In this document: piece by piece, positions 37,289 to 49,402 of the stretch | How the letters are laid out: each line of letters starts with the position of its first letter | Numbering within the stretch: position 1 is the stretch's first letter | Virus record (IMG/VR): IMGVR_UViG_3300025314_000001 | Coordinates: 32,001-96,000 of that record | DNA: 64,000 nt | Reading direction: 5' to 3' (one strand) | From: a virus | Position numbers and translations under genes: made by a program | Notes under the pieces: model-generated | What the model was told of the DNA's origin: nothing | Databases searched by the model: none | Seen by the model: only the letters and a program-made list of their open reading frames with translations

Positions 37289-38541
37289 GCCCGTGGCCTC
37301 CAGTTCGTAATCGTTTGCTGAATGACGTCTAAGGCTTCCGCCCAGAATTCATCCAGGTTTTCGGTGGGTATTGTCTCAATGCCCGCCTTGAACAGCCATG
37401 CCGCTTGGAGAGTCTTCCATGTGACTTGCCAGTATTCTGTTCTGTCTACGTCTGGCTCTGCCTTGGCGCTTTCTGTCTCGAGCCATCCTTGTTGCGCTCT
37501 CCTGAGTAACCGTTCGGCCTCTCGGTCCAGTTGGGCTACGATTGAAGGGCCGCCCTTTCTGGTACAGACGTGCTCACGCATTCCGGTTCCGTCGAACCCT
37601 CGTAGCTCACGCTTGCCAAGCTTGGTCGCTGGCCAGAGCGCTTCGAGACGCGCTAGCCTGCCCAGGTACTGGGCCCGGATTCGGCGTTGCGGTAAGAGGA
37701 GGTCCCCAACCTCGATGGAGTCAGCGCTGAGCGGCGGAATCCACTTGTTGGTGAGCTCGGGTTTTTTGCGTGACCCAAACTCGTCGTTGAAGAGCTTGAG
37801 TCGTTCCCACAGGAGCTCTTCGTTGTCGACGCCAGGGGCGGAGGGTAGCTCGAGATTTCCGTCTTCCACGGCCTGGCGGAGCGTACGAAGGGCATCGTCT
37901 GTGGTCAACGGTACCTCTTCTGCGGCGTAGTTTCGCCCTTCGGTGCCGTACCAGGCCTGCAGTACCGCCACCATCGTTGCACCGTGTGTACGCTCGACCT
38001 TGAGCAGCCGAGCCAGCTGTCTCCCTATCCACGCATACGCCGAGGGATCCGGTTCTCGGTACTCGGATTCATTGGCGTGGCACGCGCGGGGCCGCACCTC
38101 CTCGCTCCAGGCGTTCGCCCCGGAGCAGTTGTGGACCCCGTCCGGGCACCCTGGGGAGGGTTCGATGTACCACTCGGTGATGGGGTTGTGCATCCAAACG
38201 GAAACCACTCCGCTCCCGTCGCACCGCTCACACTGGCGGTCCCCCAGGGCCGCCTCAACCCCAGCCACCTCGGACTCCTCGCCTCCCAAGAGCCCGGTAC
38301 CGTGGCACCTGTCGCAGGTCCGGATGGGGCGCCCAAATAGGAAGGCTTCGTTCAGCTGGTGCCCAGTCCTACTCGAGCCGCACTTGGAGAGCCACGCGAA
38401 CACACCCTGCAGGCAGTTTTCCTCGCGTAGAGGGAACTCGGGTTGGACTTGGACGCTGCGTAGCCGCTTAGGCCTGGGCCGGCGCGGCTCGCTGAGGGAC
38501 TCCAGGACAGCCGTTGCGACGGATTGCGCTCGGTTGCCCAT
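37285..38541 (-). CDS. CxxCxGxG zinc-finger protein, possible late regulator
   Basis: CDRCHGTG and CERCDGSG; at the distal end of the early operon. Confidence 0.5.
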   Translation of the reverse strand: MGNRAQSVATAVLESLSEPRRPRPKRLRSVQVQPEFPLREENCLQGVFAWLSKCGSSRTGHQLNEAFLFGRPIRTCDRCHGTGLLGGEESEVAGVEAALGDRQCERCDGSGVVSVWMHNPITEWYIEPSPGCPDGVHNCSGANAWSEEVRPRACHANESEYREPDPSAYAWIGRQLARLLKVERTHGATMVAVLQAWYGTEGRNYAAEEVPLTTDDALRTLRQAVEDGNLELPSAPGVDNEELLWERLKLFNDEFGSRKKPELTNKWIPPLSADSIEVGDLLLPQRRIRAQYLGRLARLEALWPATKLGKRELRGFDGTGMREHVCTRKGGPSIVAQLDREAERLLRRAQQGWLETESAKAEPDVDRTEYWQVTWKTLQAAWLFKAGIETIPTENLDEFWAEALDVIQQTITNWRPRA

Positions 38542-38987
38542 TATGCGGCCCCCGGGCTCTGCGCCAGGATCGCGCGACTCGCGGTGTCTTCCTGCCGCCT
38601 CGCGGCTCTCTCCCGGAATGCATCGAGCTCGAGCTCGTTGATCGCGTCCCGGTAGGCCTCGTGCGCCCGGTCTAGCACCCGATCCGGGACCTTCAGGGGG
38701 ACTGATTTGCCGAGGATTTCGGCAACCAGGGTGCACCTGTGGTGCCTCGCCAGGCGGTTCCACGCCCGGGCCAGCACGTCGATCGACTCGTCGCTCCCAC
38801 CGTCTTCGGCTAGGAGCTCTCCGCCGTCGAAGAGACGTAGCAGGGTGTAGGTGCTTGATCCGTCCGCGCGCAGACGGGGCAGGAAACGATCGACGTGTGC
38901 GAGCAAGCACGTGCAAGCCGACGAATAAAACAGCCGGCGGAGCTTCACTCGGGTCTGAGAATTCCTTGACATAGACGGCTTTTCCAT
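38541..38987 (-). CDS. Hypothetical protein
   Basis: Coupled to the downstream gene. Confidence 0.45.
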   Translation of the reverse strand: MEKPSMSRNSQTRVKLRRLFYSSACTCLLAHVDRFLPRLRADGSSTYTLLRLFDGGELLAEDGGSDESIDVLARAWNRLARHHRCTLVAEILGKSVPLKVPDRVLDRAHEAYRDAINELELDAFRERAARRQEDTASRAILAQSPGAA

Positions 38988-39103
38988 TCCAAGCTTCTCC
39001 TTGGCGCCGTCTCTGATCTGGGCCCCTCGCCGTTCCCGCGGCGGGGGGTTCGCGTTTTGTGGGACTGGGCCTGCCTACCGGGAGTGCGGGACCAGTCTGG
39101 TTC

Positions 39104-39538
39104 TCACTCCTGCACGCGCTGGTACGTCGTGCCTTTTCCACCGCCTAGCTTCTGGATTTTGGCGTCGTCGCAGAGTGCTCGGAGCCCCTGGCGAACGTTG
39201 GGAGCTTCGAGGCCGAGCTTTTCGGCGAGCGATGCGGCGGTGATGGTCTGATCCGCCGGTGGAAACGCATTCAGGACCTTTAAGGCCACCACGTTCATCC
39301 CTTTGGACTCACCCGGGGACTTTCCCTTCTTGGGCTTAGGTTCCTTCGGTTCCTTGACTACGCGCGGCTTCGGAGCCTTTGGCTCGACTGCTCCGTTCGT
39401 TTTGCCGTTGGTTTGGGCAACCTTGCCCGGCATTGGGATGGGTGCCGGGCGCCTAAGCGCCTTTTCAATACAGGCCTCGACGACGAAGTCGGGCCCTTTA
39501 GCCTCAATGAACATCTGGATCTGCTTGTTCGCTTCCAT
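39104..39538 (-). CDS. Winged-helix DNA-binding protein with K/P-rich linker
   Basis: ITAASLAEKLG...IQKLGGGKGTTY. Confidence 0.65.
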   Translation of the reverse strand: MEANKQIQMFIEAKGPDFVVEACIEKALRRPAPIPMPGKVAQTNGKTNGAVEPKAPKPRVVKEPKEPKPKKGKSPGESKGMNVVALKVLNAFPPADQTITAASLAEKLGLEAPNVRQGLRALCDDAKIQKLGGGKGTTYQRVQE

Positions 39539-39835
39539 CTTGTATCGTCTCCTGTAAACCGGGCGTGGCCCGGGGTTGAGTCTTCTACGGCGCTATCGCC
39601 TTGATCTTCACTTCCCCGCCGCTGATCTCGGTCACCAGATGGACGGGTTGCCCGACGGCTAATTCGTGCAGCCACACTTGGTCCGGACGGTTCATCTCGC
39701 TCCGCATGACGCGGGGCATCTGGACGAGCACCGGGTAGCTGTCCGCGCCGCTCTGGTCTGCCTTGATGACCTCCACCCGCAGGTACACGACGTCGCCTAG
39801 GCGGAGCTTTGGGGCCGCCTGCTTCATGGTTTCGA

Positions 39836-40528
39836 TCATCGAAGAACTACCTCCTCCTCTTCCACGCGACGAACGGGTGTGCCGGTTAACGTGAACGTTC
39901 GGTGCACTTGGTGATCGTAGTCGCGACCCAATCGTCGCATCATCCTGTCAACCAGGGTCTCGAGCTCGGTAACCCCATGCTCTGGCCCGTTCACCACGAC
40001 ATCGAAATCCAAGTCTGGGATCTCGTTGAGCTCGTTCTCGCTCGGGTGCGTCGTCTTGACAAAAAGCTCCTTCACTGGGCGCTTCACCCTTACGGTGATG
40101 GCGCCGGCCGCCTTGAGCTGCTCGAGCTCGTTACGGAATCGCACATCGGACATCACCACCCGCTCGAGCTCCGTAGCCTTCCGGATGGCGTACTCGACCC
40201 AGATCGTTGGGTAGCAGTTCCTTCCCCATTCGGTGGCCAGCAAGATCATGGCTTCCCGAGGGCTCAGCAGGGTTCCGTCGGGCCGCGGGTAGCGTGGGTC
40301 GCCGACGTTCTTGCCAGCGGTCTCGCCGTTGAGCATCGATAGCGGCCAGTCGAAGAGGTCGGCGAGAAACCGCTTCATGGGTGCGGCTAGCGCCAGCTCG
40401 GTGAATCCGTGCTTCGCCACCAGGCGGTTGGCCACGGTGGACTTCCCGGCGCCAGCTGAGCCCATTCGAGGACTGAGCTGCCACCACTTTCGGCGAGCAA
40501 CACAGAGGCCGGTGATAGCGACGATCAT
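39836..40528 (-). CDS. Deoxynucleoside monophosphate kinase
   Basis: GSAGAGKST, PREAMILLATEWGR, SDVRFRNE, HPSE. Confidence 0.9.
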   Translation of the reverse strand: MIVAITGLCVARRKWWQLSPRMGSAGAGKSTVANRLVAKHGFTELALAAPMKRFLADLFDWPLSMLNGETAGKNVGDPRYPRPDGTLLSPREAMILLATEWGRNCYPTIWVEYAIRKATELERVVMSDVRFRNELEQLKAAGAITVRVKRPVKELFVKTTHPSENELNEIPDLDFDVVVNGPEHGVTELETLVDRMMRRLGRDYDHQVHRTFTLTGTPVRRVEEEEVVLR

Positions 40529-41151
40529 GGTGACGGCTCCGTGGATACCTTGATCAAGTTCTGCACCTTAACCAGTGTCGCCTCGGCAGAAACGGCGCGC
40601 ATGATAGCGATCGTTAGATCTTCCCCCCGGCGCACGTACCTTGCATAGAGACTCTTGACGTCGTCCAACGATGGAGACCATCGGACATCTCCCTGATTGC
40701 ATTCGTATTTGGGGCCACCGAGTGCGAATTCCCCACACACAGCAAGCTTTGTGCGCAGCTGCTTAACCGCATCTGTGGCTTCCTGAAGCTTTATTCGGAG
40801 CGCCTCGTATTCGCTTCGCAGTTGGTGAATCGGCGCGACATGTGCGTTTGCCGGAAGATACTCGGCGTCGTCGAAGGCGTTCTTGAACGCCGGTTGCGAC
40901 CTCCAGCGGTCTCGGTCTGCTTCAGCCTTCTCGGCGCGCGCTACTACCACTTGTGCCTCCGCCATCGTTGGGACGAAGAACAGTTCGTCTAGGATCCTGC
41001 GTTGATCCTCCTTCGACTGTGCTTTGAACCAGGAGGACACGTCTTCGACCGTCGCGTCGCGTTCTCGGTGCCCATGGGTGTTTCCGTTGCCGAATTCTAC
41101 GCGCAGCCGGTTGGTGTATTCGGTCTCAATCTTTGCTCGCCACTCATTCAT
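40525..41151 (-). CDS. Hypothetical coiled-coil protein
   Basis: ATGA overlaps at both ends. Confidence 0.5.
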   Translation of the reverse strand: MNEWRAKIETEYTNRLRVEFGNGNTHGHRERDATVEDVSSWFKAQSKEDQRRILDELFFVPTMAEAQVVVARAEKAEADRDRWRSQPAFKNAFDDAEYLPANAHVAPIHQLRSEYEALRIKLQEATDAVKQLRTKLAVCGEFALGGPKYECNQGDVRWSPSLDDVKSLYARYVRRGEDLTIAIMRAVSAEATLVKVQNLIKVSTEPSP

Positions 41152-41663
41152 TGCGCCAGCTCCTTGCGAATCTTCCCCAACACGTCTCCCATGAAGTCCT
41201 TCCGTTTCTCCGCCCACGGGTAGTCGCAGCGCAGGCCGGCGTAGCCGGAGAAGGCGCCCCACCAGCCCAGGTGGCACCGCCCGTAGGCGCCGACGAGTTG
41301 CCGGTGAGCGCACTTTGCGCCGGCCTCGAGCCATTCGTAGGACCCGGGGATCATCTCCCGCAGCATCGGGCACACCGGGTGGTGCAGCTGCCACGGCGTG
41401 GCGGCGAGCCCCCCGTCGCAGTCCGGGGCGCCCTTCGGGATGTCATCCTTTCGGCATCCGTCCTGCACGTAGGCGGCGCCGGAGGATTCCTTCCACCACA
41501 GGGTGACGAGGGCGGCCGTACGCGTCGGACTCCCGTTGGTTGCCGAGCAGATCGCCTCCGCGACGTCGGTCAACCGTGCCCGCCTAGACTCCGGGGCCTC
41601 GGTCTCGAGGGAGTAGGCCGGGAAGGCGAGCATGACGGAGAGGGTTGCGCTGAGGAGGTCCAT
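41148..41663 (-). CDS. Secreted lytic transglycosylase-like protein
   Basis: Hydrophobic N-terminus; LVTLWWKESS (ES motif) and DGGLAATPWQLH. Confidence 0.5.
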   Translation of the reverse strand: MDLLSATLSVMLAFPAYSLETEAPESRRARLTDVAEAICSATNGSPTRTAALVTLWWKESSGAAYVQDGCRKDDIPKGAPDCDGGLAATPWQLHHPVCPMLREMIPGSYEWLEAGAKCAHRQLVGAYGRCHLGWWGAFSGYAGLRCDYPWAEKRKDFMGDVLGKIRKELAQ

Positions 41664-42364
41664 GTTAATTCTGTCCTTTCGGGGGTGCTTCACCGAGATG
41701 ACCTCGGCGGAACGGGCGCCCACGAGGCGCCAGGCTTGGGCACCAAGACCCAAACAAGTCCGTTGCGTTGCATGATTTCGCGTTCTGACTTCTCTCTCTC
41801 GGTTTCGTAGCGGTACTCGATCTGGCAGAGCTTATCTGGGCAGTTCGTGCAGGGGTCGCACTTCGGGAGCTTCACAAGTGTCGGCCTCGTTCGATCGCTC
41901 TCTCTACCGCTGTTCGCACTGCTTCTTCTGCTGTCCCAGCGTCCTCGCTGGCTGCCCAATAACAGCCACTCAGGTATACACACGCTTCAAACGGCAGGTG
42001 TTTCTTGTAGGTCTTGTACAGGATCCTTACTTCAGCCCCGTTGCTACTCAAAGCTCCCACTGCCAGAAGTAATTCATCGATGTTGCTCATGGTTTACGCG
42101 CCTTTCAAACGTGTTCCTCTTTGTCATGCGCGCCCGTCAGGTTCTTGAGATCCGTCCAGTCTCGTAGCATCCGACGGAGAACCCAGAGGGGTAACCGCCG
42201 GCTCGGGTGATATCGCCCGTCGTTCCCGTTCAAACCGTATTCACTGATCTCGTACTCGTCAGTATCCCTTTTTGCCTCAACCACCGGTCCGCGTGGTGAG
42301 CCCCCCCAGCCGATTGCCTCCGACTCGACCGTGATGTGCCACCCCTTGAAGTCGTACTCGCGTG

Positions 42365-42820
42365 TCATAGCGCCACCTGCCGGTAGGTGCACCCGGCCTC
42401 CATGATCATGGATGCCGCTGTTTCTAGATTCTTCTCCCACCGATCGATCATCTCACCCGTGACCCGTCGAACCACCACGGACGTGATTCCCGCTTGGATG
42501 ATGGCTCGTCCACAGTCAGTGCACGGTGGGTGAGTGCAGTAGAGCGTGCAGCCTTTGAGGGACGCCCCGAACCTGCTCGCGTTGTAGACGGAATTTCTTT
42601 CCGCGTGTTCTACCCAGTTGTACTTTTCTGGACGCTCGTGCCGTTCTTCGATGTCGTCGCTTACTCCGCGGGGGAAGCCGTTGTAGCCAAGCGACCGAAC
42701 CTCTCGGTCCGGTCCCACCACGACGGCACCCACCTTGGTACTTCGGTCCTTCGACCACGTTGCCACCAAGGTGGCTAGCTCCAAGAACCTCCTATCCCAC
42801 TTGCTGGTTGACGTTTCCAT
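42365..42820 (-). CDS. dCMP deaminase
   Basis: SKDRSTKVGA, GYNGFPRG, HAERN, PCTDC. Confidence 0.95.
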   Translation of the reverse strand: METSTSKWDRRFLELATLVATWSKDRSTKVGAVVVGPDREVRSLGYNGFPRGVSDDIEERHERPEKYNWVEHAERNSVYNASRFGASLKGCTLYCTHPPCTDCGRAIIQAGITSVVVRRVTGEMIDRWEKNLETAASMIMEAGCTYRQVAL

Positions 42821-43592
42821 GCGCCAATCTCTCCTGGGTTACCCGAATCGCATCTGGGCTTTGGTCGATGCCGATGGCGTGGCGCCCGATGCGATTGGCC
42901 ACGACGACGCCGGTTCCCGACCCGCACATTGCATCGACGAACACATCCCCCTTGTTGCTGGTGCAGCGGATGACCCGCTCGAGCAGAGCCTCGGGCTTCT
43001 GGGTTGGGTACCCCGTGCGCTCTTTGCTGCTCGGGGCCACGCAAGGGATGGTCCACACGTCGCACAGGGCCACGCCCGGGGACTCTTCCGCTGCGACCCC
43101 GGGCTTGCGGTGGCCCGACGAGAAGTCCGCGTGCTGCTTCCTGGTCCCGAAGGCCTTCAGGGTCGACGCAGCTTGGGGCTCGAAGAGCTGGCGGAACGTG
43201 TAGCCGCTGGGCTCTCGGGAGTACCAGAGCAGGACGTCGTGCATCTTCTGCAGCTGGTATGCCTTCGTGGTCCACCGACGGTATCGCCAGATGACCTCGT
43301 TCCGGAAGCGCTCGAGACCGAACATGCCGTCCATCGCGACCTTCAGGTAATGGCTCGTCCGGTTGTCGCAATGCACCCAGATCGACCCCGTCGGCTTGAG
43401 TAGCTCGAAGAGCGCCTTGATCCTGATCGTCATGTAGTCGAGGTACTCCTTGGACTTTGGTCCCCACCGGTCATCAAACGCGCCAAAGTCGCGCTGCGTC
43501 ATGAAGGGCGGATCCAGGTAGATCAGGTCCACCTTGTCCACGCTGGTCTCTGCCCAGTCGAGGCAGTCGCAGTGGTAAATCTCCACGGTCAA
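42792..43592 (-). CDS. N6-adenine/N4-cytosine DNA methyltransferase (beta class)
   Basis: DLIYLDPPF, YPTQKPEALL, DAMCGSGT. Confidence 0.92.
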   Translation of the reverse strand: MTVEIYHCDCLDWAETSVDKVDLIYLDPPFMTQRDFGAFDDRWGPKSKEYLDYMTIRIKALFELLKPTGSIWVHCDNRTSHYLKVAMDGMFGLERFRNEVIWRYRRWTTKAYQLQKMHDVLLWYSREPSGYTFRQLFEPQAASTLKAFGTRKQHADFSSGHRKPGVAAEESPGVALCDVWTIPCVAPSSKERTGYPTQKPEALLERVIRCTSNKGDVFVDAMCGSGTGVVVANRIGRHAIGIDQSPDAIRVTQERLAHGNVNQQVG

Positions 43593-44227
43593 GGCACCGC
43601 CACCCTGTCGAAGCTCCGCTCTTGAAGCGGTGGGAGCGCCTCTTCGTACCGCGGTCTCCCGCACTTGCAAAGCCCGGTTTTGGGTCTCGCGTGTGGGAGG
43701 TCGTAGCACACCTTGCAGATCGGAACCCGGCGCCGGGGTGACTGGTAGTCGACGGAATTCCGAGCATCCTCACCCGTGGCGATGCGGTGTGTTTGGTGCC
43801 ACTTCCGCACCCGTTCCTCTCTCGATATCCGGCGCTCTTCGGGGTTCAAGGTGTCGGTGCACGCATTGCAGATCTTGAGCAGCTCTGAGCACCCGCGGTT
43901 GACGCACCCAAATTCGAGACGAGGTTTCTGCTCACGGCATCGGGTGCACTCAATCCTGTGGGCGTCCACCGCTTCAGCACGCTCGGCTAGGTGATACACG
44001 TGGTTTCCCTGTGGGTGGTCCGAGCGATGCTTCCGGCACGCCATGCCGTAGGCCACGATGCCGCCGTGTGCGGTCGCCCCGCAAATGGTGGCCCGCACCT
44101 TCTCGGCGCCGTCACCCGCGATCGAGTAGGCGATCTCGGTCGACGTTGCCCCGTCGAGTCCGCGAGTGGCGAGGTACTCTCGAGCTTTAATGTAGACGTT
44201 GTCTCGCCAGGATTGGTCAATTGGCAT
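43589..44227 (-). CDS. HTH-like plus zinc-ribbon protein
   Basis: CTRC/CNAC; C-terminal RRRVPICKVCYDLPHARP shared with 56240-56767. Confidence 0.65.
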   Translation of the reverse strand: MPIDQSWRDNVYIKAREYLATRGLDGATSTEIAYSIAGDGAEKVRATICGATAHGGIVAYGMACRKHRSDHPQGNHVYHLAERAEAVDAHRIECTRCREQKPRLEFGCVNRGCSELLKICNACTDTLNPEERRISREERVRKWHQTHRIATGEDARNSVDYQSPRRRVPICKVCYDLPHARPKTGLCKCGRPRYEEALPPLQERSFDRVAVP

Positions 44228-44465
44228 GGTAGCTACTCCTGGTTCCCCTCAGCCATGATGATCTCGGATGGACCCTCGTCCCAGAGGGGTACGCAGGTCG
44301 AAGTCTTCGTGTTGATCCAGCACTCCGGTTTTTCGCTTGACGCTTCCTGCGCAGCCAACTGCCTAGCTTCGACCGCGGAGTTAGCTCGCACCACGAACCC
44401 GGTATACGACCCGTACTGTGCACGTTGTTGGTCTCGTTGTCGCAGGATCCATAAATGGTCAGCCA

Positions 44466-45572
44466 TCAGTAGCCTCCTCGCGGGCGCTCATCTGGAATGG
44501 GTACTTCGAAGTCAGCGTCGGTCATGGCTGCGTCGTCAATGGTTGGGGCACCATCAGGGTCGCGGTATTGGTCCAGGTAGTCGTATGACCCGTCGCGCCG
44601 ATACTCAGCATCGAAGCTAGCAGTGATCTGGTTCCAATTCAGCGCCACAACGCCCCTCGTCCCGACCTTGGCCTTGTCGATGTTGATGCACTTGGTTCCA
44701 GCAGCAATCTTTCGCCTCTCGTGCTCTGGTAGATGCTGGTCCTTTGGGTCCGTCCACTCGCTCTGGAGCTCGAAGCCAATGAGCACCGCCTCGGCCGCGT
44801 GCACAACGTCTTTGCTCTCTCGTACACGGTATTTTCCGGGCATCTTCCCGGACTCATCTGGCGTGATCTGCGAGCAGATGATCAGGGGCGTCTTCAGTGC
44901 CTTACAGGTGTGGGTCAAGCGCTGAGCGGTCTCCCGGAATCGGACTCGCTCGTCTTGATAGCGGTGGGACGCTGGTATTGTTTGGAGGTAGTCGACGATG
45001 ACTAGCGCGACTCCGTACTCCTTGACGATGGCACCAATCTGTTTACACAACTGGTCCTCTGGAACATCCCGGCCATCCAAATAGATCGGTGTTAGTTCGG
45101 CTTTTTGGATGACGGTGTTGATCTTGGCCAGGTCTACATTATCGAGCGCGTGGTCTCGGATCTTCGTTGCATCCACGCCTGAACGGCGGGCTAGTAATCG
45201 ATCGCCATAAATCGACTCGTCGTCTTCCGTTGCGACCACCAACACGACCTTGCCGAGTTTCAGGTTCTCGTCGGCAACCGATAGCGAAAACGCACTTTTC
45301 CCCCAAGATGTTTCGGCCGCCAGAATCCAAGCGTGTCCCGGCTGAATGCCGCCGGTATGGCGGTCGATTCTCCAGTTGCCGGTGGTGATGACCCCTACCT
45401 TTCGTTTCGACGTGGCCCGCCTCTGGGATCCAACGAGCAGCCGTTTGACGGTCAGGAGACGCGGGCCTTTGGCGACCTCGATCGTACTCTCGGTTGGATC
45501 GTCAGGGAGCGTCCCAGACTTCAGACGGTCGTTCTCGTCGGGTGCTTTGGTGGGCAGCGGTTGCGCGTTCAT
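44466..45572 (-). CDS. DnaB-like replicative helicase (C-terminal domain)
   Basis: ITTG...IDRHTGG, AAETSWGKS, VIVDYLQ, CSQI, RESKDVVHAAE. Confidence 0.88.
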   Translation of the reverse strand: MNAQPLPTKAPDENDRLKSGTLPDDPTESTIEVAKGPRLLTVKRLLVGSQRRATSKRKVGVITTGNWRIDRHTGGIQPGHAWILAAETSWGKSAFSLSVADENLKLGKVVLVVATEDDESIYGDRLLARRSGVDATKIRDHALDNVDLAKINTVIQKAELTPIYLDGRDVPEDQLCKQIGAIVKEYGVALVIVDYLQTIPASHRYQDERVRFRETAQRLTHTCKALKTPLIICSQITPDESGKMPGKYRVRESKDVVHAAEAVLIGFELQSEWTDPKDQHLPEHERRKIAAGTKCINIDKAKVGTRGVVALNWNQITASFDAEYRRDGSYDYLDQYRDPDGAPTIDDAAMTDADFEVPIPDERPRGGY

Positions 45573-46596
45573 GCGGCGAGCCTCCGCAGTGAGCACCGAC
45601 CCTTCAGGGAGTCGAGTATCTGCTTCGCATACTTTTCCCCGGCGGTGTCCAAGTCGGTTCTGACGATGACCTCTGAACCGAGCGGAACCCGTGCGGCGAA
45701 TTCTGGGGACCACGACCCCGAGAACACACCGAGCACCGCGTCTCCCGTAAACTGCACCGCATCCGTCAGGTAGTCGGGTTCTCCCTCAGCGACGACCAAC
45801 CGTACTGGTGAGCGTTCGCCCTGGAGCATCCGTAACGCGCATTCGTTCGCTACCACCAACCCGGTCCCCTTGTGCCCTGACGGAGGCAATCGCTTTGGCG
45901 TATCGCCGCCACGGACCCGCCACGCCCGAACGCTCCGGAGCTCCCCCGACGCGTCGTAGGCGGGCAGAATCAACCGGTGCCCGGTTTCGATCCATGACCT
46001 TGGCTCTTCAGCGTCCCCTCGATACCGAGCCCACCTGGGCAGAATCTGGTCCGCTCGAATGACTCGAGCCAAGTCCTTGGCGGCAACGGAATCCGGGTCG
46101 AGCATCCGTTCCACCAGGCACCTGCTTGCCTCCGGGTCCTCGTTCACGAATCCGGCATCCCGCCACAAGACCAGAACCTCAATCTCGGACGGGTAGACCT
46201 TCTCGGGCGCCGGCTCGGGCGCAGGAGGCGCCTTGCGTGGTTCACGTGAAGCTTCGCGCCCCGCCCGGACCTCCAAGGCAATCTCGTGTAGGCCTAACAG
46301 CTCAGCAGTCTGGGCCATGACCTCTGGCCAGTCCGTCCGGCAGTCCAACCCACGAGCTGCTGCGACCAGATGGAACCCGTCCCCCGATAGGTCACACCCG
46401 AAGCACTTTACCCGGACCGTGCCGTCCGGGCCCCTGGTGACCGAGCAGGAGGGGGTCTTGTCTGGATGGGCTGGGCATAGCACGAGCCAGCCATCCGCGT
46501 TCTGGCGGGCATCCTGACTCAAGCTGAGACCCTTGCAGAGCCGGACCGGGTCCGTGAGGTACCGACGAATCTCGTCCGCGTGGTCGGGGCGCTCGT

Positions 46597-46600
<4 letters not shown>
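45569..46600 (-). CDS. DNA primase-like protein (Zn finger + Toprim)
   Basis: CPAHPDKTPS...CFGC; VAEGEPD; TDLDTAG. Confidence 0.8.
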
Positions 46601-47595
<995 letters not shown>

Positions 47596-47719
47596 CTCGG
47601 TCTCCACTGCACTCGGTTAGTTGCCTTCCCCCACAGCTCCAGAACCCCCTCTGGTTGGCCCACGTGTCCGTCTCGCACGCCGCAGACCCGGCAGTGCCAA
47701 CTACCGTCCTCGGAGAGCG

Positions 47720-48322
47720 TCACCATGTTGCACCTCGCACGATCAGGCTCACGTTCGTCTGGTGTGTTCCAAACCTTACAGCCAGCTGTTTCTGCGTAGT
47801 GCCCACCGCGTACTCTCTCCGAATCTCGGCTACTTGGTCATCGGTAAGCTTCGATGACCCGTTTCTGCTGCCTCGAAACTGCTCGCCTTTGCCGGTCCAA
47901 TGGTGGTTTGCTCCTCGTCGCACGCTCTCTGGATGCGCGCGCGAATAATGGCTGTCACCGCGCTGGATGTGTAGCGCACCAGGTTTTGATGGAGCCCGGC
48001 CTTTGGCGGCCATGTCAGCCATGTTTTCTGCCTGGGTTCCAAGGAACAGATGCTCAGGCCGGATACACGGCTTATGGTCGCATTTGTGCAGCACCTCGAT
48101 ACCGTCCGGGATGGGTCCATTGTGCAACTTCCACGACAAGCGGTGAGCTCCGACTGGAACACCATCGACGTTCAGTTGGCCATAACCCGATTTTGCGCAG
48201 CTGGCCGTCCAGACCCAGCACGGTCCCACTTCCGGACAGTGCGGTTGGATCGGACCGTTCTTGTTAACCTTGGACCAGAATCGCCGCTCGAGAGAGCGTT
48301 GGTCTTTGGGTACACCTGACAT
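47720..48322 (-). CDS. HNH endonuclease
   Basis: RFWSKV, CWVW, GYG, AHR, LHKCD...C..PEHLFLGT..N. Confidence 0.92.
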   Translation of the reverse strand: MSGVPKDQRSLERRFWSKVNKNGPIQPHCPEVGPCWVWTASCAKSGYGQLNVDGVPVGAHRLSWKLHNGPIPDGIEVLHKCDHKPCIRPEHLFLGTQAENMADMAAKGRAPSKPGALHIQRGDSHYSRAHPESVRRGANHHWTGKGEQFRGSRNGSSKLTDDQVAEIRREYAVGTTQKQLAVRFGTHQTNVSLIVRGATW

Positions 48323-49314
48323 CAACCCACCTCCTTTTGCTCTAACGAACCCAGCTTATAGGGCCGCACCATGATCGGAGCGTCTTCTGGACCGCGCCAA
48401 TACGGCTCGACCCAGATTACCTTGCGTCCAATCCTACCAACCCCGACCACTTGCCGCTTATAGTGTCCGCGCACAAGATGCTGAACGGTTGGAGCAGCAC
48501 CCTTGCGAGTTCCTTCGATCCACTGCCGTACCTTTGGTCGGCAGTCGACTTTGATCGCATAACCGCATACGAACACGCGGTGTTGCGGTGGGCCCTCTCG
48601 GCCGTCTCTCCCGGTCTTACAGTTCCCACTGCGCTCTTGAAAGTTATTGGTATTACAAATCGTGTGGATCAGCCCTATAAACAGACGCTTCGCAAGCATC
48701 ATAGCTCGCTCTTTGTCGGCCTTAGCGCTAACTGGATTGTTGTCGTCTTCGTATAGGTCGACTGATTCTCTCAATAACGTCACCGCGTCGGCAAACATGA
48801 TCGTGTGAGCGCATGGCTCTTTTCGCTGTGGTGCCAACCATCCGCTCTCCGACATGACGAATATGACACGATTCTCGTTTCCTAAATCTCTCGCGAAATA
48901 CAAACGCGAGTAGCGTCGATCGCCGACGTCTAGTAATCCATTGGGGACTAGGACACGAACCCCCGACCAAGGGATAACGATGTCTGCATCGGTTGAATCC
49001 GTGCACATGAGCGCGGCCGCGTACTTATGGCCGCACACAAGGTCGACAAATGCCGATTCAGCCCATCTCCACCCGATCGTAACCATTGCGCGAAAGTCCT
49101 CGATACTCTTTCCGGTTTCCCCTTTCCTCTCCATATCTTCGAAGTGGCTCCAACCTTCATGCATTACGGACTCCTGTGACCCGCCGTGCCGCGTCCAGAG
49201 ACGGAATGCTCCTAGGATGTCCTGATCTACGACCACGACAGCCTCCGTTCGCTGACTAAGTCGTGTGGCTCGTACTCCCAAGGCCATCCAAGCTCGTCGA
49301 AGAAAGCAGCCCAT
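48322..49314 (-). CDS. Hypothetical phage protein
   Basis: C-terminal HLVRGHYKRQ...WVEPYWRG motif. Confidence 0.6.
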   Translation of the reverse strand: MGCFLRRAWMALGVRATRLSQRTEAVVVVDQDILGAFRLWTRHGGSQESVMHEGWSHFEDMERKGETGKSIEDFRAMVTIGWRWAESAFVDLVCGHKYAAALMCTDSTDADIVIPWSGVRVLVPNGLLDVGDRRYSRLYFARDLGNENRVIFVMSESGWLAPQRKEPCAHTIMFADAVTLLRESVDLYEDDNNPVSAKADKERAMMLAKRLFIGLIHTICNTNNFQERSGNCKTGRDGREGPPQHRVFVCGYAIKVDCRPKVRQWIEGTRKGAAPTVQHLVRGHYKRQVVGVGRIGRKVIWVEPYWRGPEDAPIMVRPYKLGSLEQKEVG

Positions 49315-49402
49315 CTGGCTTCCGTGCGGCTACGGAAGCGGATCCCGCGGTACGTGGTCTGAATTGCCGTAACGTGACGACTCAGTGGGTACACAGCCGT
49401 AC

